A DNA stretch of 62,569 bases, the filler included, from Nemertoderma westbladi (lineage: Eukaryota; Animalia; Xenacoelomorpha): assembly GCA_032718475.1 (NCBI GenBank). It is 3 parts of 3 records of this genome, joined end to end, with 100 filler letters (N's around TTAATTAATTAA, not from the genome) between each part and the next. Parts side by side here need not be neighbours in the genome. Positions count along the whole stretch, not along the records: positions 1 to 19,908 come from JAUCBJ010002468.1; 2 more parts are not named here. The stretch is one strand, 5' to 3'. Shown here piece by piece: positions 1 to 13,200 of the stretch. The position numbers and the translations under genes are program-made. Under the pieces are notes generated by a model, which was given only the letters and a program-made list of their open reading frames with translations, did not search any database and had not been told where the DNA came from. Each line of letters starts with the position of its first letter. The stretch's first letter is position 1.

Positions 1-477
1 ACAGGCAGCAGGAAGTTGGCCAGGGCCTAATAGTACTCAGGCTAACCTGAATACTGCTTGCATTTTCCATCCCCCCCTGGCCCTTATCAACTATGAAATT
101 ATTCCCGTACCCTGTAAGTTGCCCCAAAGTTCGCCCATAAATCGCCCCCAGTTTATTGAATGTGCCCAAACACCCATGGTCCCGCACCCAGTTGTAATAT
201 CGGAATAATCAATTTTAAATAAATACAAAATTATTCAACTCGCGTTATGGAAAGTGTGAAATACCGCGCACAATAAGGTTTATATTTTGAAGGAATTAAA
301 ACAAAATCAATAGAACTCCAGTAACTCAACATCCGGTATTAGTTTATTCCAAATAAACCTACATTTAATTTATTATCGATTCACAAAATAAAACCAATTA
401 ATTTGTTACTTTAAATCGCACAACAACATTGTAATTATCGTTTCAGTTTCAGTTTATAGAGTGAGTAACTCAGGAGT

Positions 478-1203
478 CTAGAAGAAGTAGAAAACTCCAA
501 CTATTGGTAGAATGAACGCAGTCATCGAGACTCGGTTGGTATCAGCGGCGTTCGGTTTCGGTTTATCTTTGTTACAGAGATCGGCGGCAGCAGCAAACAA
601 AAGTGACATCGGTTTCATTTGGTAATCCAGAAAGTTCATACGATTTTTTCATTATTCCTTGTCTTTTATGCCCTTCCTCACATACCTTTTGATAATCCTC
701 GTCTATGCATTGTTTGACAACGTCCTTTTCCCCTTCGAAAGTGGCGGTCAACTAAATAACAACAAATATTAATAAATGAAAGTAGATAGCGGGACAATGA
801 TAGGTACATGTATTGCAAAAATTATTAAATTATCACATAATCTCAACTCCCCCTGCGGGAGTTGAATATTAATAAATAAACCATGCAGAACCATTAAAGT
901 AATTAAAAGTCATATTTCATACAATACCGGTAGGCTTAATAGGCCTACATCAGTACTGTAGGGCTAACTTACAGTAATATAAATAATTATTTGACAATAA
1001 TAATAAATAACTAACGCATTTGAAACAGGGCTGGGGAACTGGTTCTGCGGTTGTCTCGGTTTCCGTAAACTTTGTAAAATATAAGTCATCCCAGTCGGTA
1101 ATTCCGCATTCGCGTCCGCTACAGGTCCCTCAACTCCATCTATACACTTCAACGCCTCGCTGCTTCCCACAGCTACAGCCAGCATCAACCAGTAGTTGTA
1201 CAT
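478..1203 (-). pseudogene. Ly6/uPAR (three-finger) GPI-type protein, paralogue 1; exons 1203-1016 and 751-478, one frameshift in each
   Basis: Signal peptide MYNYWLMLAVAVGSSEA-LKC; shifted frame gives GTCSGREC...QPCFKC|gttagt; exon 2 LTATFEGEKDVVKQC...CC(+1 nt)AADLCN then hydrophobic tail VSMTAFILPIVGVFYFF*. CCxxDLCN is the LU-domain signature. Confidence 0.75.
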
Positions 1204-1599
1204 CGCAAAGTTCACTTAGTATATTATCTAGGATGCAGTACACCGAATAAATTGTTTATTCGTTAAATAAAATAACGGCTATATTCTACCTTTATGAGCT
1301 TCTATGGTAACAGTACAATTTAAATAGGCCTATTAATTAAATAATAGGCCTATAAGCTGTAGTAATAATTCCTAAGATGTACCTAAGAGGATATTAGACC
1401 TACTGTACTGTATTATTGTAATTGCTTGTACCGTTAGGCCTAGCCATTTATTCACCGGTACCAGAAACTTACTGATACAGGAAGTCTGAATTAAACTTCA
1501 CCGCACCCTTCTGGCAGTATAAACTGAAAGTAAAGGTTACCGGTAGCTGATACTGAATTAAATGCACAGCTGCAACATTATTGTGATTATATGCCTGGG

Positions 1600-3615
1600 A
1601 CGGTGGCTATTAATCGCTCGGGGCAATACCCACAAAAGTCCACCCCCCCCCCCCCCCCCCCCCCCCCCCCACCAAAATATGTTATTAGTAATTAGCCCCC
1701 CCCCGCACAAAATAAAAAAACCAAAACACGCAATAGAATAGTCAAGAATTCAAATTTTCGATCTAGTTTTTCTCAAAACAGGCCTTTTTGAGTAAAGGTT
1801 GAAAACCTGCGTTTCTAGACTAATTCGGACCTCCTGAATCCGACTAGGGAGGTTGTCACCCGTTATTTTTAGTTCTAGTATATTTTATTGCCATGGAAAC
1901 ATTGCACATCAGCAACAAGCGAATCGGTAAAGATTTTAACATAAAATCGAAGTTTCGCAGCCTATAAAAGTCTAACCGTAGTAGTCGAGTCAATCTAGCA
2001 AAAAACCCATAAGTAGTAGTAGTCGAGTCAATCTAGCAAAAAACCCATAAGTAGTAGTAGTCGAGTCAATCTAGCAAAAAACCCATAAGTAGTAGTAGTC
2101 GAGTCAATCTAGCAAAAAACCCATAAGTAGTAGTAGTCGAGTCAATCTAGCAAAAAACCCATAAGTAGTAGTAGTCGAGTCAATCTAGCAAAACACCCAT
2201 AAGTAGTAGTAGTCGAGTCAATCTAGCAAAAAACCCATAAGTAGTAGTAGTCGAGTCAATCTAGCAAAAAACCCATAAGTAGTAGTAGTCGAGTCAATCT
2301 AGCAAAAAACCCATAAGTAGTAGTAGTCGAGTCAATCTAGCAAAAAACCCATAAGTAGTAGTAGTCGAGTCAATCTAGCAAAAAACCCATAAGTAGTAGT
2401 AGTCGAGTCAATCTAGCAAAAAACCCATAAGTAGTAGTAGTCGAGTCAATCTAGCAAAAAACCCATAAGTATTTCGCAATCAATCCGAACAACACTATAT
2501 TACCTTATTAATGACCAAAAAAAGTCTATAAAATTTTATTTTGCGAATCATATGTTTATTCATGGAAAAAATACTGCGTAAATTTGCATAAGACAAGCCA
2601 AACAAAAGGAACATTAGGGAAAAGTAAGTAGCAAATTGGTGATGATGTTCCAGAATAATTTAATTAATTTCACAATAAGCTGTGATTCAATGGGAAATCA
2701 GTAATATTTACACAGGCGTGTTACTAAGTAATTGCTATATCTCGGAAACTAGAAGTCGCATAAAATTTTTAAATATATCAAAAACTTCACTTTATATTGA
2801 GGAAAACGTTGTAAAAAAATTATACAATTCCACTGCAAGGAAATTTCATAATTTCCATTAATGTTAGTGAAGATTTTTCACATAATTAAATTGTGATTGC
2901 TCTATTGATTTTATGTGTAATTTATTTATTTGTTTTAGTTTGCAAACCACAATAGTTTATCATATAACAAATACATTTTTTGTTGATAAGGGTTTTTGAG
3001 GTCGATAAATCCGATGTGCGAGGTTACATCCACCCGTTTAGTAGAGAAGTTGTGTAAATAAGATCCTTATATTGTACCAGCAAAATTGGTATTAAAAATG
3101 GTTAAATTATTAGACAAATTTCCGTAGCTCTGGAAACTAAATTGGTAACTATATAGAAGTGCATACTTCTGTCAATCGATATTCATTAGAGTAAAGTTTG
3201 TCTGTACCAAATTTGGAGAAAATCCCACCAGTAGACCCCTTGTTGCTATGTAAAATCCATGTTGCAAAGGAAAGAAACAGGAAATTGAAGGTGATCCGCA
3301 TAATATATTTTTATAGACTTTTTTTGGGGGAATTTAACAAGGTAAATGTAGAATAAAAAAAATTGGTTTGGACTAATTGCGAATTTGTTATGGGTTGACC
3401 CCCTTTTTCGGATAGATTGACTCGCCTATAGGTCGAAATGGAAAACTTGACTTTAAATTCGGAATCAGCGACCCCAAATTGACGTAGAAAAATTTCGGCT
3501 GAGATTTTGAGAAAGAAATTTGTGCTCTAAAAATCGCAACAAACTTGTCAATCAAATCCGAAAATTTGGTATCTCCGATTTTGCTGAAATTAGGTTCACC
3601 TGTAGCGATTGTTAT
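1600..3615. mobile_element. Degenerate non-autonomous DNA-transposon-like insert between the Ly6 paralogues
   Basis: Diverged inverted arms (cgagtcaatct...aacccataa...ttcgcaat...tccgaac at ~2440-2490 vs ~3366-3425); no ORF; ends approximate. Confidence 0.4.
1975..2472. repeat. 38-bp tandem repeat, ~13 copies
   Basis: gtagtagtcgagtcaatctagcaaaaaacccataagta recurs every 38 bp (tcgag at 1985, 2023, 2061 ... 2441). Confidence 0.95.
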
Positions 3616-4703
3616 TATAAGGTTTATATTTTGAAGGAATTAAAACAAAATCAATAGAACTCCAGTAACTCAACATCCGGTATTAGTTTATTCCAAATAA
3701 ACCTACATTTAATTTATTATCGATTCACAATAATAAAACCAATTAATTTGTTACTTTAAATCGCACAACAACATTGTAATTATCGTTTCAGTTTCAGTTT
3801 ATAGAGTGAGTAACTCAGGAGTCTAGAAGAAGTAGAAAACTCGGTAGAAAACTTGGTAGAATGAACGCAGTCATTGAGACTCGGTTGGTATCAGCGGCGT
3901 TCTGTTTGTCGGTGTTCTGTTTGTCGGTGTTCTGTTTGTCGGCGTTCTGTTTGTCGGTGTTCTGTTTGTCGGCGTTCTGTTTATCAGCGGCGTTGCAGAG
4001 ATTTGTGTTGCAGCAATTCAGAGTGGCGGCGGCTGCTGGTAATTGTTTAAAAACTTCCTCAATGTTGCTTTTCTCCCTGTCTTGATATTTCTTGTCGTTA
4101 CAATTAGTAGCTCCGAATTCCTCTAGTTGCTTATCTGTCGCACAATTTTTGAAGATGTCATCTCTCCCTTTCCAAGTTACTGTATACTATATAACAAATG
4201 CTTATAATTAATTATAAATAAATTACTGCAAATCCGCCCGTTCTACATATTATGGTAGGCCTAATAAATACGGGCAATAGTTCCGCCTGTCCCCACATAT
4301 TCCGTTTTTTTCTAGGTATTTTTAAGCAGTTTTTTTTACATGTATTAATGTTCTAGAAGCTTCTAGCGGCATAAAAATATATTTAATTTTTTTATGGTAG
4401 CTAGTATTTTATGTCTAGCTAGTGGTTTTAAAAAATTTACAAGCTATTTTCAAGCGCAGTTATATTTTTCTCAAAAAATAAAAGATGCAGTATCTAATGA
4501 AACATGACAATAAAACTGCCACTAAACAATAACTGGAATTGAAAAGAATAAAAGAAAAAAAGATGGGAAGAAATCCATTCATGGAGATAATAAAGAAATA
4601 AAAGCAACCTACCCTGTTGATTAAATCAAATACTGTTTAGTAAATACAACCTATAGGGAGAAGTTGAAAGCAATATCATTGGGCAATGTATATATTATGA
4701 TCT

Positions 4704-5123
4704 ATGGTATGGTATGGTATGGTATGGTATGGCATGGCATGGCATGGTATGGTATGGTATGGTATGGTATGGTATGGCATGGCATGGCATGGCATGGTAT
4801 GGTATGGTATGGTATGGCATGGCATGGCATGGTATGGTATGGTATGGTATGGTATGGTATGGTATGGTATGGTATGGTATGGTATGGTATGGTATGGTAT
4901 GGTATGGTATGGTATGGTATGGTATGGTATGGTATGGTATGGTATGGTATGGTATGGTATGGTATGGTATGGTATGGTGTATGGTATGGTATGGTATGGT
5001 ATGGTATGGTATGGTATGGTCTGGTATGGTATGGTATGGTATGGTATGGTATGGTATGGTATGGTATGGTATGGTATGGTATGGTATGGTATGGTATGGT
5101 ATGGTATGGCATGGTATGGTATG
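4704..5123. repeat. (ATGGT)n / (ATGGC)n pentanucleotide microsatellite
   Basis: Direct reading; explains the MVWYG/HTIPY ORFs. Confidence 0.98.
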
Positions 5124-5805
5124 TATAGGCAAAAATTTAAAATTTTTTGACACTAGTATAGTATGGCTTGTATTTTTGATTGTTTTTTTTATTGGTGAAT
5201 GTTCTAGAAGATATTTTTTTAATGGTGGCTAATGTTTTTTACTAGCTAGTATTTTTGAAAATACAATAACAAAAAATAAAAACATGTTGACATTGTTTTA
5301 GAGTGTTTTTTTGATATTGGTGAATGTTCTAGAACCTTAGTAGTTATTTTTTATGGTAGCTAGTGTTTTTTTACTAGCTAGTATTTTTGAAAATCACAAA
5401 AAATAAAAACGTGGTAATATTGTTTTAGAGTGTTTTTTGATATTGGTGAATGTTCTAGAACCTTAGTAGTTATTTTTTATGGTAGCTAGTGTTTTTTTAC
5501 TTGCTAGTTTTTGAAAATGAAAACAAAATTAAAAAAATTAAAATACACTGTAAACTGTTATAATATCATCAATATTTTTGGTTATTACCCTAATATATTC
5601 TGCAACAGTTTAAACCTGAAATATCAATTTTTTCACATTTTTTACATAATTTCAAAAAATACTACCTAGGTAAAAAAAAACACTCGCTACCATAAAAAAC
5701 ATAGTTCTACTAATGTTCTAGAACACTTACCAATAACAAAAATAAAAAGAGGAGTCCAGAAAATATACAAAAAATGTCATATTAAAATTTACAATTTTTG
5801 CTTAA

Positions 5806-5976
5806 GGCCATGATGCACCACAGGAGCGGCCGCGGCCACTTTTTAAGAATAGAACACATTAGTTTCTATGGGTGATGATACACGACAAATGGCTGCTGCC
5901 GCACGCGGCTCCTCTGGTGTATCATACTAAAAGTCGCCACTCACATCGCTCGCCGCTCCTGTGGTGCATCATGGCC
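5806..5976. mobile_element. 171-bp MITE (Harbinger- or Kolobok-like)
   Basis: Perfect TIR ggccatgatgcaccacaggagcggc, flanked by TTAA at 5802-5805 and 5977-5980. Confidence 0.85.
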
Positions 5977-6329
5977 TTAATATATACCACAGTAATGTAA
6001 TGGGTACTAGTGTAGCCCGTGTCACCTTTAGTAAAATTTTTTAATAGCTGTTTTGGGCTGTTTTTGGTTGCTGTTTTTGGTTATTGATTTATGTTCTGGA
6101 ACATATTGTGGACTCATTACATGATAAAATTGTGTGGTAGCTAGTGTTTTTGATGTTAGCTAGTGTTTTTTTCATTATTTTTCATTTTCATTTTTCATAC
6201 GTTAGGCCTATATTTTATTTTCTTGTTAATTTTCTTTTTCTTGTCTTTATTTTCTTTTTTTGTGGTAGCTAGTGTTTTGGTCTCGGTCGGTCTGTTGATG
6301 GTCATTCTGGTATACCAATACTCAGGGGT

Positions 6330-8450
6330 GGTCAGTCCATATCACCCCCTGGTGTCAGTCAGTGCGGTTTACCAATAGGGAGCCTATCCACAAACATATT
6401 GGATGATCCATCAGTAGACATGGAATGTGCATATGGAGCTAAACTGACCCACAACAAAGACCAAAGTGCTGAGTCTGTGTGGCATAAACGATGGTGCCAG
6501 GTGACGAATAACATTGTACCATCACTATGCATTGTTCCCGGAGGTGCAGTTGGCTAACACCTTGTGACAGCTCTGTCCAGTGAGGTTGAAAACCTGGCAT
6601 CAGATGTAACAACCTCCGAGCGCATTTTGTTGTTTGAGTCCCTTATGCTACAACGGGAGAAAGCCATAATAAGGGGTTCCGATATCCACCGACTACTGCA
6701 GTGTAGAATCGACACGTGGCGTGAAGAGAAATTCGACGAACTCATATGAGTGAATTTAAGCGCTTCAATCGTTTAAACAAAACAAAAAGAGGCTCCAGAA
6801 CAAGTATTTACCAAACTCATGCTCCAAGGCAGAGTCCGAGCAGCTGTGAGCTGGGTTACTGAGAGAAGTGTGGGATGAGTATTAGACCCCCTATCAGAGA
6901 TTGAAATCAATGGTGAAGTTAAACAGGTGCTGGATGTCCTTCAATGCAAACACCCAGACTCATCACCACCGAAACTGGATAGTCTGTTCGGTTATAATAT
7001 GGTAGATCTTCCAACTATGGTGCCAGTTGATATTACTGCAACTCATGTGGAAGCAGCTGCCCATAAACTACAAGGCGGCGCCGGACCGGGTGGGGCAGAT
7101 TCAGTTCATTGGCGTGATATGCTCCTCTACAGAGGCTCCCAGATTGAGCGACTACGTGAGGCAGTAGCTAGTCTTATCCGAAGGATAGCCAATGGTAGCA
7201 TTGAATGGGTGACTATACGAGTAGACTAGTAGACTGATTGCGTTAAACAAGTGCCCCAGGGTACGTGCAATATGGATAGGGGAGTCACTAAGACGGGTTA
7301 TGGGGAAGTGTATGGCTGATGCAACAGGGGGCGATGTGCAAGAACTCTGTGGTGTCGACCAACTGTGTAGTGGGTTGTCTGCCAGAATGGAGTCAGCTAT
7401 ACATGTCATTAGAGACCTCTGGGATGAACACATCACTCAGGGATGGAGAGTGTTATTAGTCGATGCGAAGAATGCTTTCAATTCCATCAATAGAATCACA
7501 GCTCTGTGGAATATTCGAATTTTTTGGCACCGATGTGCTCGATTCAATTTTAATAGCTACCGAGGTTACTCAATTCTGGTTCTTCATGGGGTTCAGCATC
7601 AATGTGGATGGGAGTGGTATTGTGAATGGTACCAGGACTTAGGTGGACTCGGTGATAACAGTCACCTAAATCAGTATATATCTTCAAAGGTTTCCAAGTG
7701 GGAGGCTGATGTAGAACACCTTGCAGAGATTGCAGTCAACCAACCACAAGCCGCTTACTCAGCCATAACATGCTCACTGCAATTTCAGTGGGGATTCCTC
7801 CAGCGAGTGATGCCATCTAGCACAAAGCAATTGTATACACCTATAAAGAACGCCGTGCGTGACAAGTTCCTTCCAGCGATTAGGGGTGGTTCAGTTTCCA
7901 ATGTGGAACGGAAGCTGCTTTCCATACCAGTAGGTAAAGGGGCTTGGGAATCCCTGAACCGATTCTGACAGCAAATACATCACTAGAGACTTCTCGATCC
8001 GCAATGCAAGTGGCGTGTGAGGCAAACAAAAGTTAATCAGAAATTAACTTTTACAAACATGGATGCTCCATGAGGGAGGCACGGCAATCCCACTCCAAGC
8101 AGGCATCTCAGTCAACAACATCCTTGAATCTGTGCAGAACGAATTACCCCCATCTCGTCGACGAGCGTTTGGTAGGGCCTCATCATCGACTTCAAGTTGG
8201 TTGACAGCACTTCGCTCAAGTTACAAAACTTCGATCTGGCAGTCAATGAGTTTAGGGATGGACTCTGTCTTCGCTATGAGCGCCCTCTAGTGGGTGTACC
8301 CACCATTTGTGATGATTGCAGTTCAGCCTTCATGCTCCCGCAAGCCTTGGATTGCAAGGGTGGGTTAGTTACATTGCGTCATAACGAGGTGCGAGATGCC
8401 CAAGGTGGGCTCTTTAGCCTAGTCTTCTCTGAGGCATCAGTAGAGAGATT
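6330..8450 (+). mobile_element. Degenerate RLE-type non-LTR retrotransposon (CRE-like)
   Basis: Motifs GGAGPGGAD, RLIALNKCP, QLCSGL..ESAIH, LLVDAKNAFNSINR, EFRDGLCLRY..CDDC..CKGG..RHNEVRD; many stops and frameshifts; YADD region appears deleted. Confidence 0.8.
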
Positions 8451-10274
8451 TCAAAGAAATTTGAGAATTTAAGAGATTTGCTGTATACATACTATGCTAG
8501 TATGGTTATACATACTATACTAGTACCAGCTACACTAGTACCAATGTAATACCATATCATTGAATTAATAAAAAATAAAAAAAAATTAAAAATTTTCCAC
8601 TTTTTAAAAATGTTCTAGAACAAAATATAACTTGTTCTAGATCATAATTAAAAAAAACGTATTATGAATGTTCTAGAACACTTTACTCAAAGACTAAAAG
8701 GTAACAAACAGCTAGCATACTTGTACTTTTGGTATACAATTAAAATGGGGGGACGGGACGAGCGGAACTCTAGCCTAAATATGGTACTGGTAGACCAATA
8801 GGAACTTATTGTAAATCGTTAATTATTGATTTAAAGCAATAATTAATTAATGTAACTAACGCATTCGACACAGGGGTCCTTAATAGGCATTACTATATTA
8901 TTGGTAGGGAGTACCCACTTTTTGACCATTTAGTCCGGCAGCCACAAAGGTATACCGAAAATTTTTGGACGGATTTAATTTTTTTGATGTTTTGAGTTCT
9001 ATAGGTCCCACTTAATGAGGAAATGGCGATTATAACATTTTTGACTTTGGGCATTTTGAAATAACGACCTAGTTGCTAAGGACCACGTAATTCTCATTTA
9101 AGGCATAGCAACTGCAAAACAGCACGTCATAATGGATTAAAATCTTCTACAAAGTCAATTTAGTTCATTTACGAAAAATTGCCAATCTTTTTTGTCCGAT
9201 TTTTAGATCCTGTTGCTATGGAGACGGCATTAAAGTTTAGTGTTGCGATTTCAATCGCCTTTAATTATACCATTAGTTACAAGAATATGCAGGAAAGTTA
9301 GATAAATTATGTTTATTTTATTAGCGTGGCCTTTCTGTAACTTTGACAAGGTAAAGAATCTATATTGGGCTGATATTTATTTCCTAACCTGACATGTTTG
9401 AGTGTTAACATAATTATTAAAGATTACAAATTTCAGCGATTATAATATTCAGCTGATGTTTCTACGGTAACTATATTTGTTATTTCCAGTTTAGCTCCTT
9501 TCTACTGTACTGTGCATCTCTTTTTATTGTACCCGTCTCATAAATCGATACCGTAAGGGATAGTACAGATAATAAAGTGCAGAAGTACCTTAGCAAAGTA
9601 GATTAGAGTGGATTTTACTGTATGTTCCTGTGTTCCATATTTCAAAAGTACGATATAATAATATTTATATATACCAAATTTTGAGTTGGGTACTACATAC
9701 TTTGAGTCACAGATCCGTATAACAATACATTTTTATAACATAAACCATTGTTACCATGTTTCAAGATATTTATATTTAACCATATAAATATTTAAACAGT
9801 ACGATTTAATCAACAGGGTAGGTTGCTGTTATTTCTTTATTATCTCCATGAATGGATTTCTTCCATCTTTTCATTTACTCTTTTCAATTCGTGTTATTGT
9901 TTAGTGACAGTTTTTTAACTTTGCAAGTAACAATCTAGAATCAATCTACAATCAAGTAACAGTTCTAGAATGTCATACTGCATCTTTTATTTTTTGAAAA
10001 AAATTAAACTGCGCTTAAAAATAGGTAGTAAATTTTTTTTAAAACACTAGCTAGACAAAAAATATAGGCCTACTAGATCCCATAAAAAAATTAATATATT
10101 TTTTTGCCGCGGGACATGTTCTAGAACATTGTCATATGCAAAAAAAAAATGCTTAAAAATAGCTAGTAAAAAAATATGTAGATAGTATGTGTACCCATAA
10201 ACGTTATTTTGTTTTGTAGTAGCTAGTTCTTAAAGCTCTTGCTTTTTCAAAAAATAATAGCTAACTTTCAAAAT

Positions 10275-13200
10275 CGTTCATCACAAACAACATTCATGAG
10301 GTATGGCAAGAGTAAAGGAGGTATTATTGGTATTACCTTAAAACCTGAGGCATTAAAAACATGGTCACTGTCATTACACACCACTGGTGCATTGGTACAG
10401 AGCCTCACAGAAATGGTGGAGATTAATTCAAATGAAGACCACCTTATTCATAAGGAAGAATTTAACGCTAGGGTTAATAGTGACACCATTGATAGGAATT
10501 CATTAAAGCAGCATTTGGAGCTTTATATCAACCCTCTTGACCCAGAAAGTCACCCAAGGACAGGGATCATTAACATTTATTCAGGAAAAATTATCAATGT
10601 TGCCAATATGAACGTTGATGAAGCCATAAGCATAGGCCATTCGCAGATGATTGAATTTCAGAGAAGTTGGCCAGATGGATTTCATAATCCCATTACTCGT
10701 AAGGTAAGTTACTATTAAGTGTCTTTTGCATCGCCATCCCATATTAGTCCATCAACAATGTTATGTTACTTAGCAATTACAGTAAGGGAAAGGAACAGGA
10801 AACAAAGGTACGCTAGTCTACCGAAACAAATAAGGGAGAGTCACAGGTTGCATGTTCATGCCTGAACCTGATGCTTCTTTTTTGCCATTAATTGTGATTG
10901 TGACGATTTTCTTCCGAGGTTTAAATTTTGTCTGCGTAAAGAGTACAACCCCTCCCCCCTAACATCACCTATCTGTAGCGAGAGAGTTGATTTCTGCCCT
11001 TTAACATTTATTCATCTAAATATCCATAACCTTAGATCATTGTAATGATGATGGGGTGATGATAACTCCACCTACTGGCTCCAGAAGTCGAGGAAATCCT
11101 GCCAAGTACCTAACTGATCTAGACTTTGCTGATGACTTAGGAGTACTCTCAGAATCATTAGAGGGAGCCCAACGGCTCCTCAGCTCATTAGAACATGCTG
11201 CTTCTAGTGTTGGTCTTTTTATTAACTCCAGAAAGACCACAATTCTGACAGTTAACTTTGAAAGTCATCAGCAAGTCTCTGATCGGATGAGCATAAGCTC
11301 AAAGGATGGTATGCTTGAGCATGTGGACGACTTCTGTTACCTGGGATCATGGATCCGGAAGTCAGGTGAGGACCTTCGAATACGTAAGGGAAAGGCATGG
11401 ACAGCCTTGAATAGGCTTTCCAGGATTTGGAAGTCACCGAGAGTTAATCGGAAACTTAAGGTCCGATTATTTAGAGCAGCAGTAGTTCCAGTACTCCTCT
11501 ACGGGAGTCCATGCTGGGCTCTAACTGCTGAGGACACCAAATATCTGGATGGCACATTCACAAGAATGCTACGCCGGGTTCATTGTGTCAAGTACAATGC
11601 ACACATCTCCAACCAGACACTATATAACATTGGAGGTGTCTCATTGGTTCCCCCAAGCTTGACACTAGAACAAAATCGCCTCCGCTTTGCAGGACATTGC
11701 TTTCGCCGTGAGGACCAGCCAGTGCATAATCTTGTACTTTGGCTGCCTCATGGAGTGAATAAGCATGGTGGACAGCCCATGACTTTCTTGAGACGCATCT
11801 TAAAGGACACTGGCCTTAAAGATGCGGATGATCTAGCAAATGTCATGGGTGATAGGGAGTTGTGGCGGTGCAATTTTGTTGACAAGCCGGCACAGCATTC
11901 TTAAAAATGCAGCTGCAATGCAGCATGCCGATCCTAGTAGTAGTAGTATCTAAATATCCATAACTAAACCCATATTCCATTTAGTGCCAAAGAATACATA
12001 ATAAAAACATTTATTTATAACTCCAGGTGACTACAATGGAGGTAAGTAAACATCATATTAAATTGGGCGATAAAAAACTATTTAATACAGAGTTGATCTA
12101 CTCGCGGTATATTGCATTACAAGAGAGTAGCAGGATATCAATTAAACGAGAAACACTACTCTCTTATGAACTGTCTTCAGTGCCACTCTCAATGTTTCTG
12201 GAAAACGGAGATATGCGTCCAGCTGCTTCTAAATGTGACTTAAAGAACCGATTGAAAGTTGAGATACCTGAAATTACAGTGGATATTTCTTACCAAGTAG
12301 TTGATGCGTCAGCAGTTCTGTGGGTGGTACCCTGGCCAACAAACGGGACTGTAGGTGATTTTATTGCATCGTTTTTGAAGTATGTGGGAAATATGCTGAA
12401 GAAAAGTAATGTGTACTTAGTTTTTGACAGGTAAGTAAGTGACCAAAGTTTTTATTATAAAAAAAGTACAATAGAACACAATATTAATCTATAACAATAT
12501 TCAGGGGACCATTACCCAAATCTACTTTTTTATTTATATAGCTACTATTCTGAAATTTTAACACAATGATATGTGATCTTTTACAACGAATAAAACTGAC
12601 TTTTTAACAGTAATGAATATCATATCTCTCAATTCAAATATGTTTTACAGATACTATGACTTAAGTGCAAAGGCAGCTACTAGAAGCAAGCGAGTTAGCA
12701 CAGGAAGTAGAAAATATAACCTTCAAGGAAATCTGAAGCTCCCATTGAAGGACGTTCTTCTAACTGTAACCTTTAACAAGAAACAAATCATACAAATGAT
12801 ATGTCAAGCACTAAAGACGAATTTAAAGTTGCATAGTGAAAACTCCTCTAACATTCTTGTTGTTACCGGGCAAAATTCTGTACCATTCGAAATAAGTTCC
12901 ATTGGCGTCCATAGTGAGCGGAAAGACATTGAGATATATCATGAAGAGGCAGATGTTATATTGGTCCATCAGGCAATTTCTTTGTGCAAAGAAACATCTG
13001 CAGGCATAGCCATTATCTCAGACGATACCGATGTATTTGTTCTATTATTACATTTTTATTTGAGGGAAAGTATAACCAATTCAATTTTCATAAAATCCCC
13101 GATAAAAAACCGTACCGCAGTGATAGACGTGGGAGAAACAGTAAAAATGCATCGTGGTATCATAGGAAATCTTTTGGGAGGCCATGCTTTATCTGGGTGT

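Larger units (their letters stand above)
4269..8777. mobile_element. Non-autonomous TIR element rich in TTCTAGAA/TAGCTAG motifs, in the Ly6 intron
   Basis: Imperfect TIR tacgggcaatagttccgcctgtcccc / gggacgagcggaactctagccta; internal ~125-bp units at 5150-5520; related sequence at 9960-10270, 14600-16050, 41940-42200. Confidence 0.55.

Noticed and set aside
1975-2472. 38-bp repeat as CRISPR
   Set aside because: Head-to-tail copies with no spacers.
3861-4085. Plus-strand FCLS-repeat ORF
   Set aside because: Antisense shadow of Ly6 exon 2.
4664-5232. MVWYG and HTIPY repeat ORFs
   Set aside because: Translations of the (ATGGT)n microsatellite.
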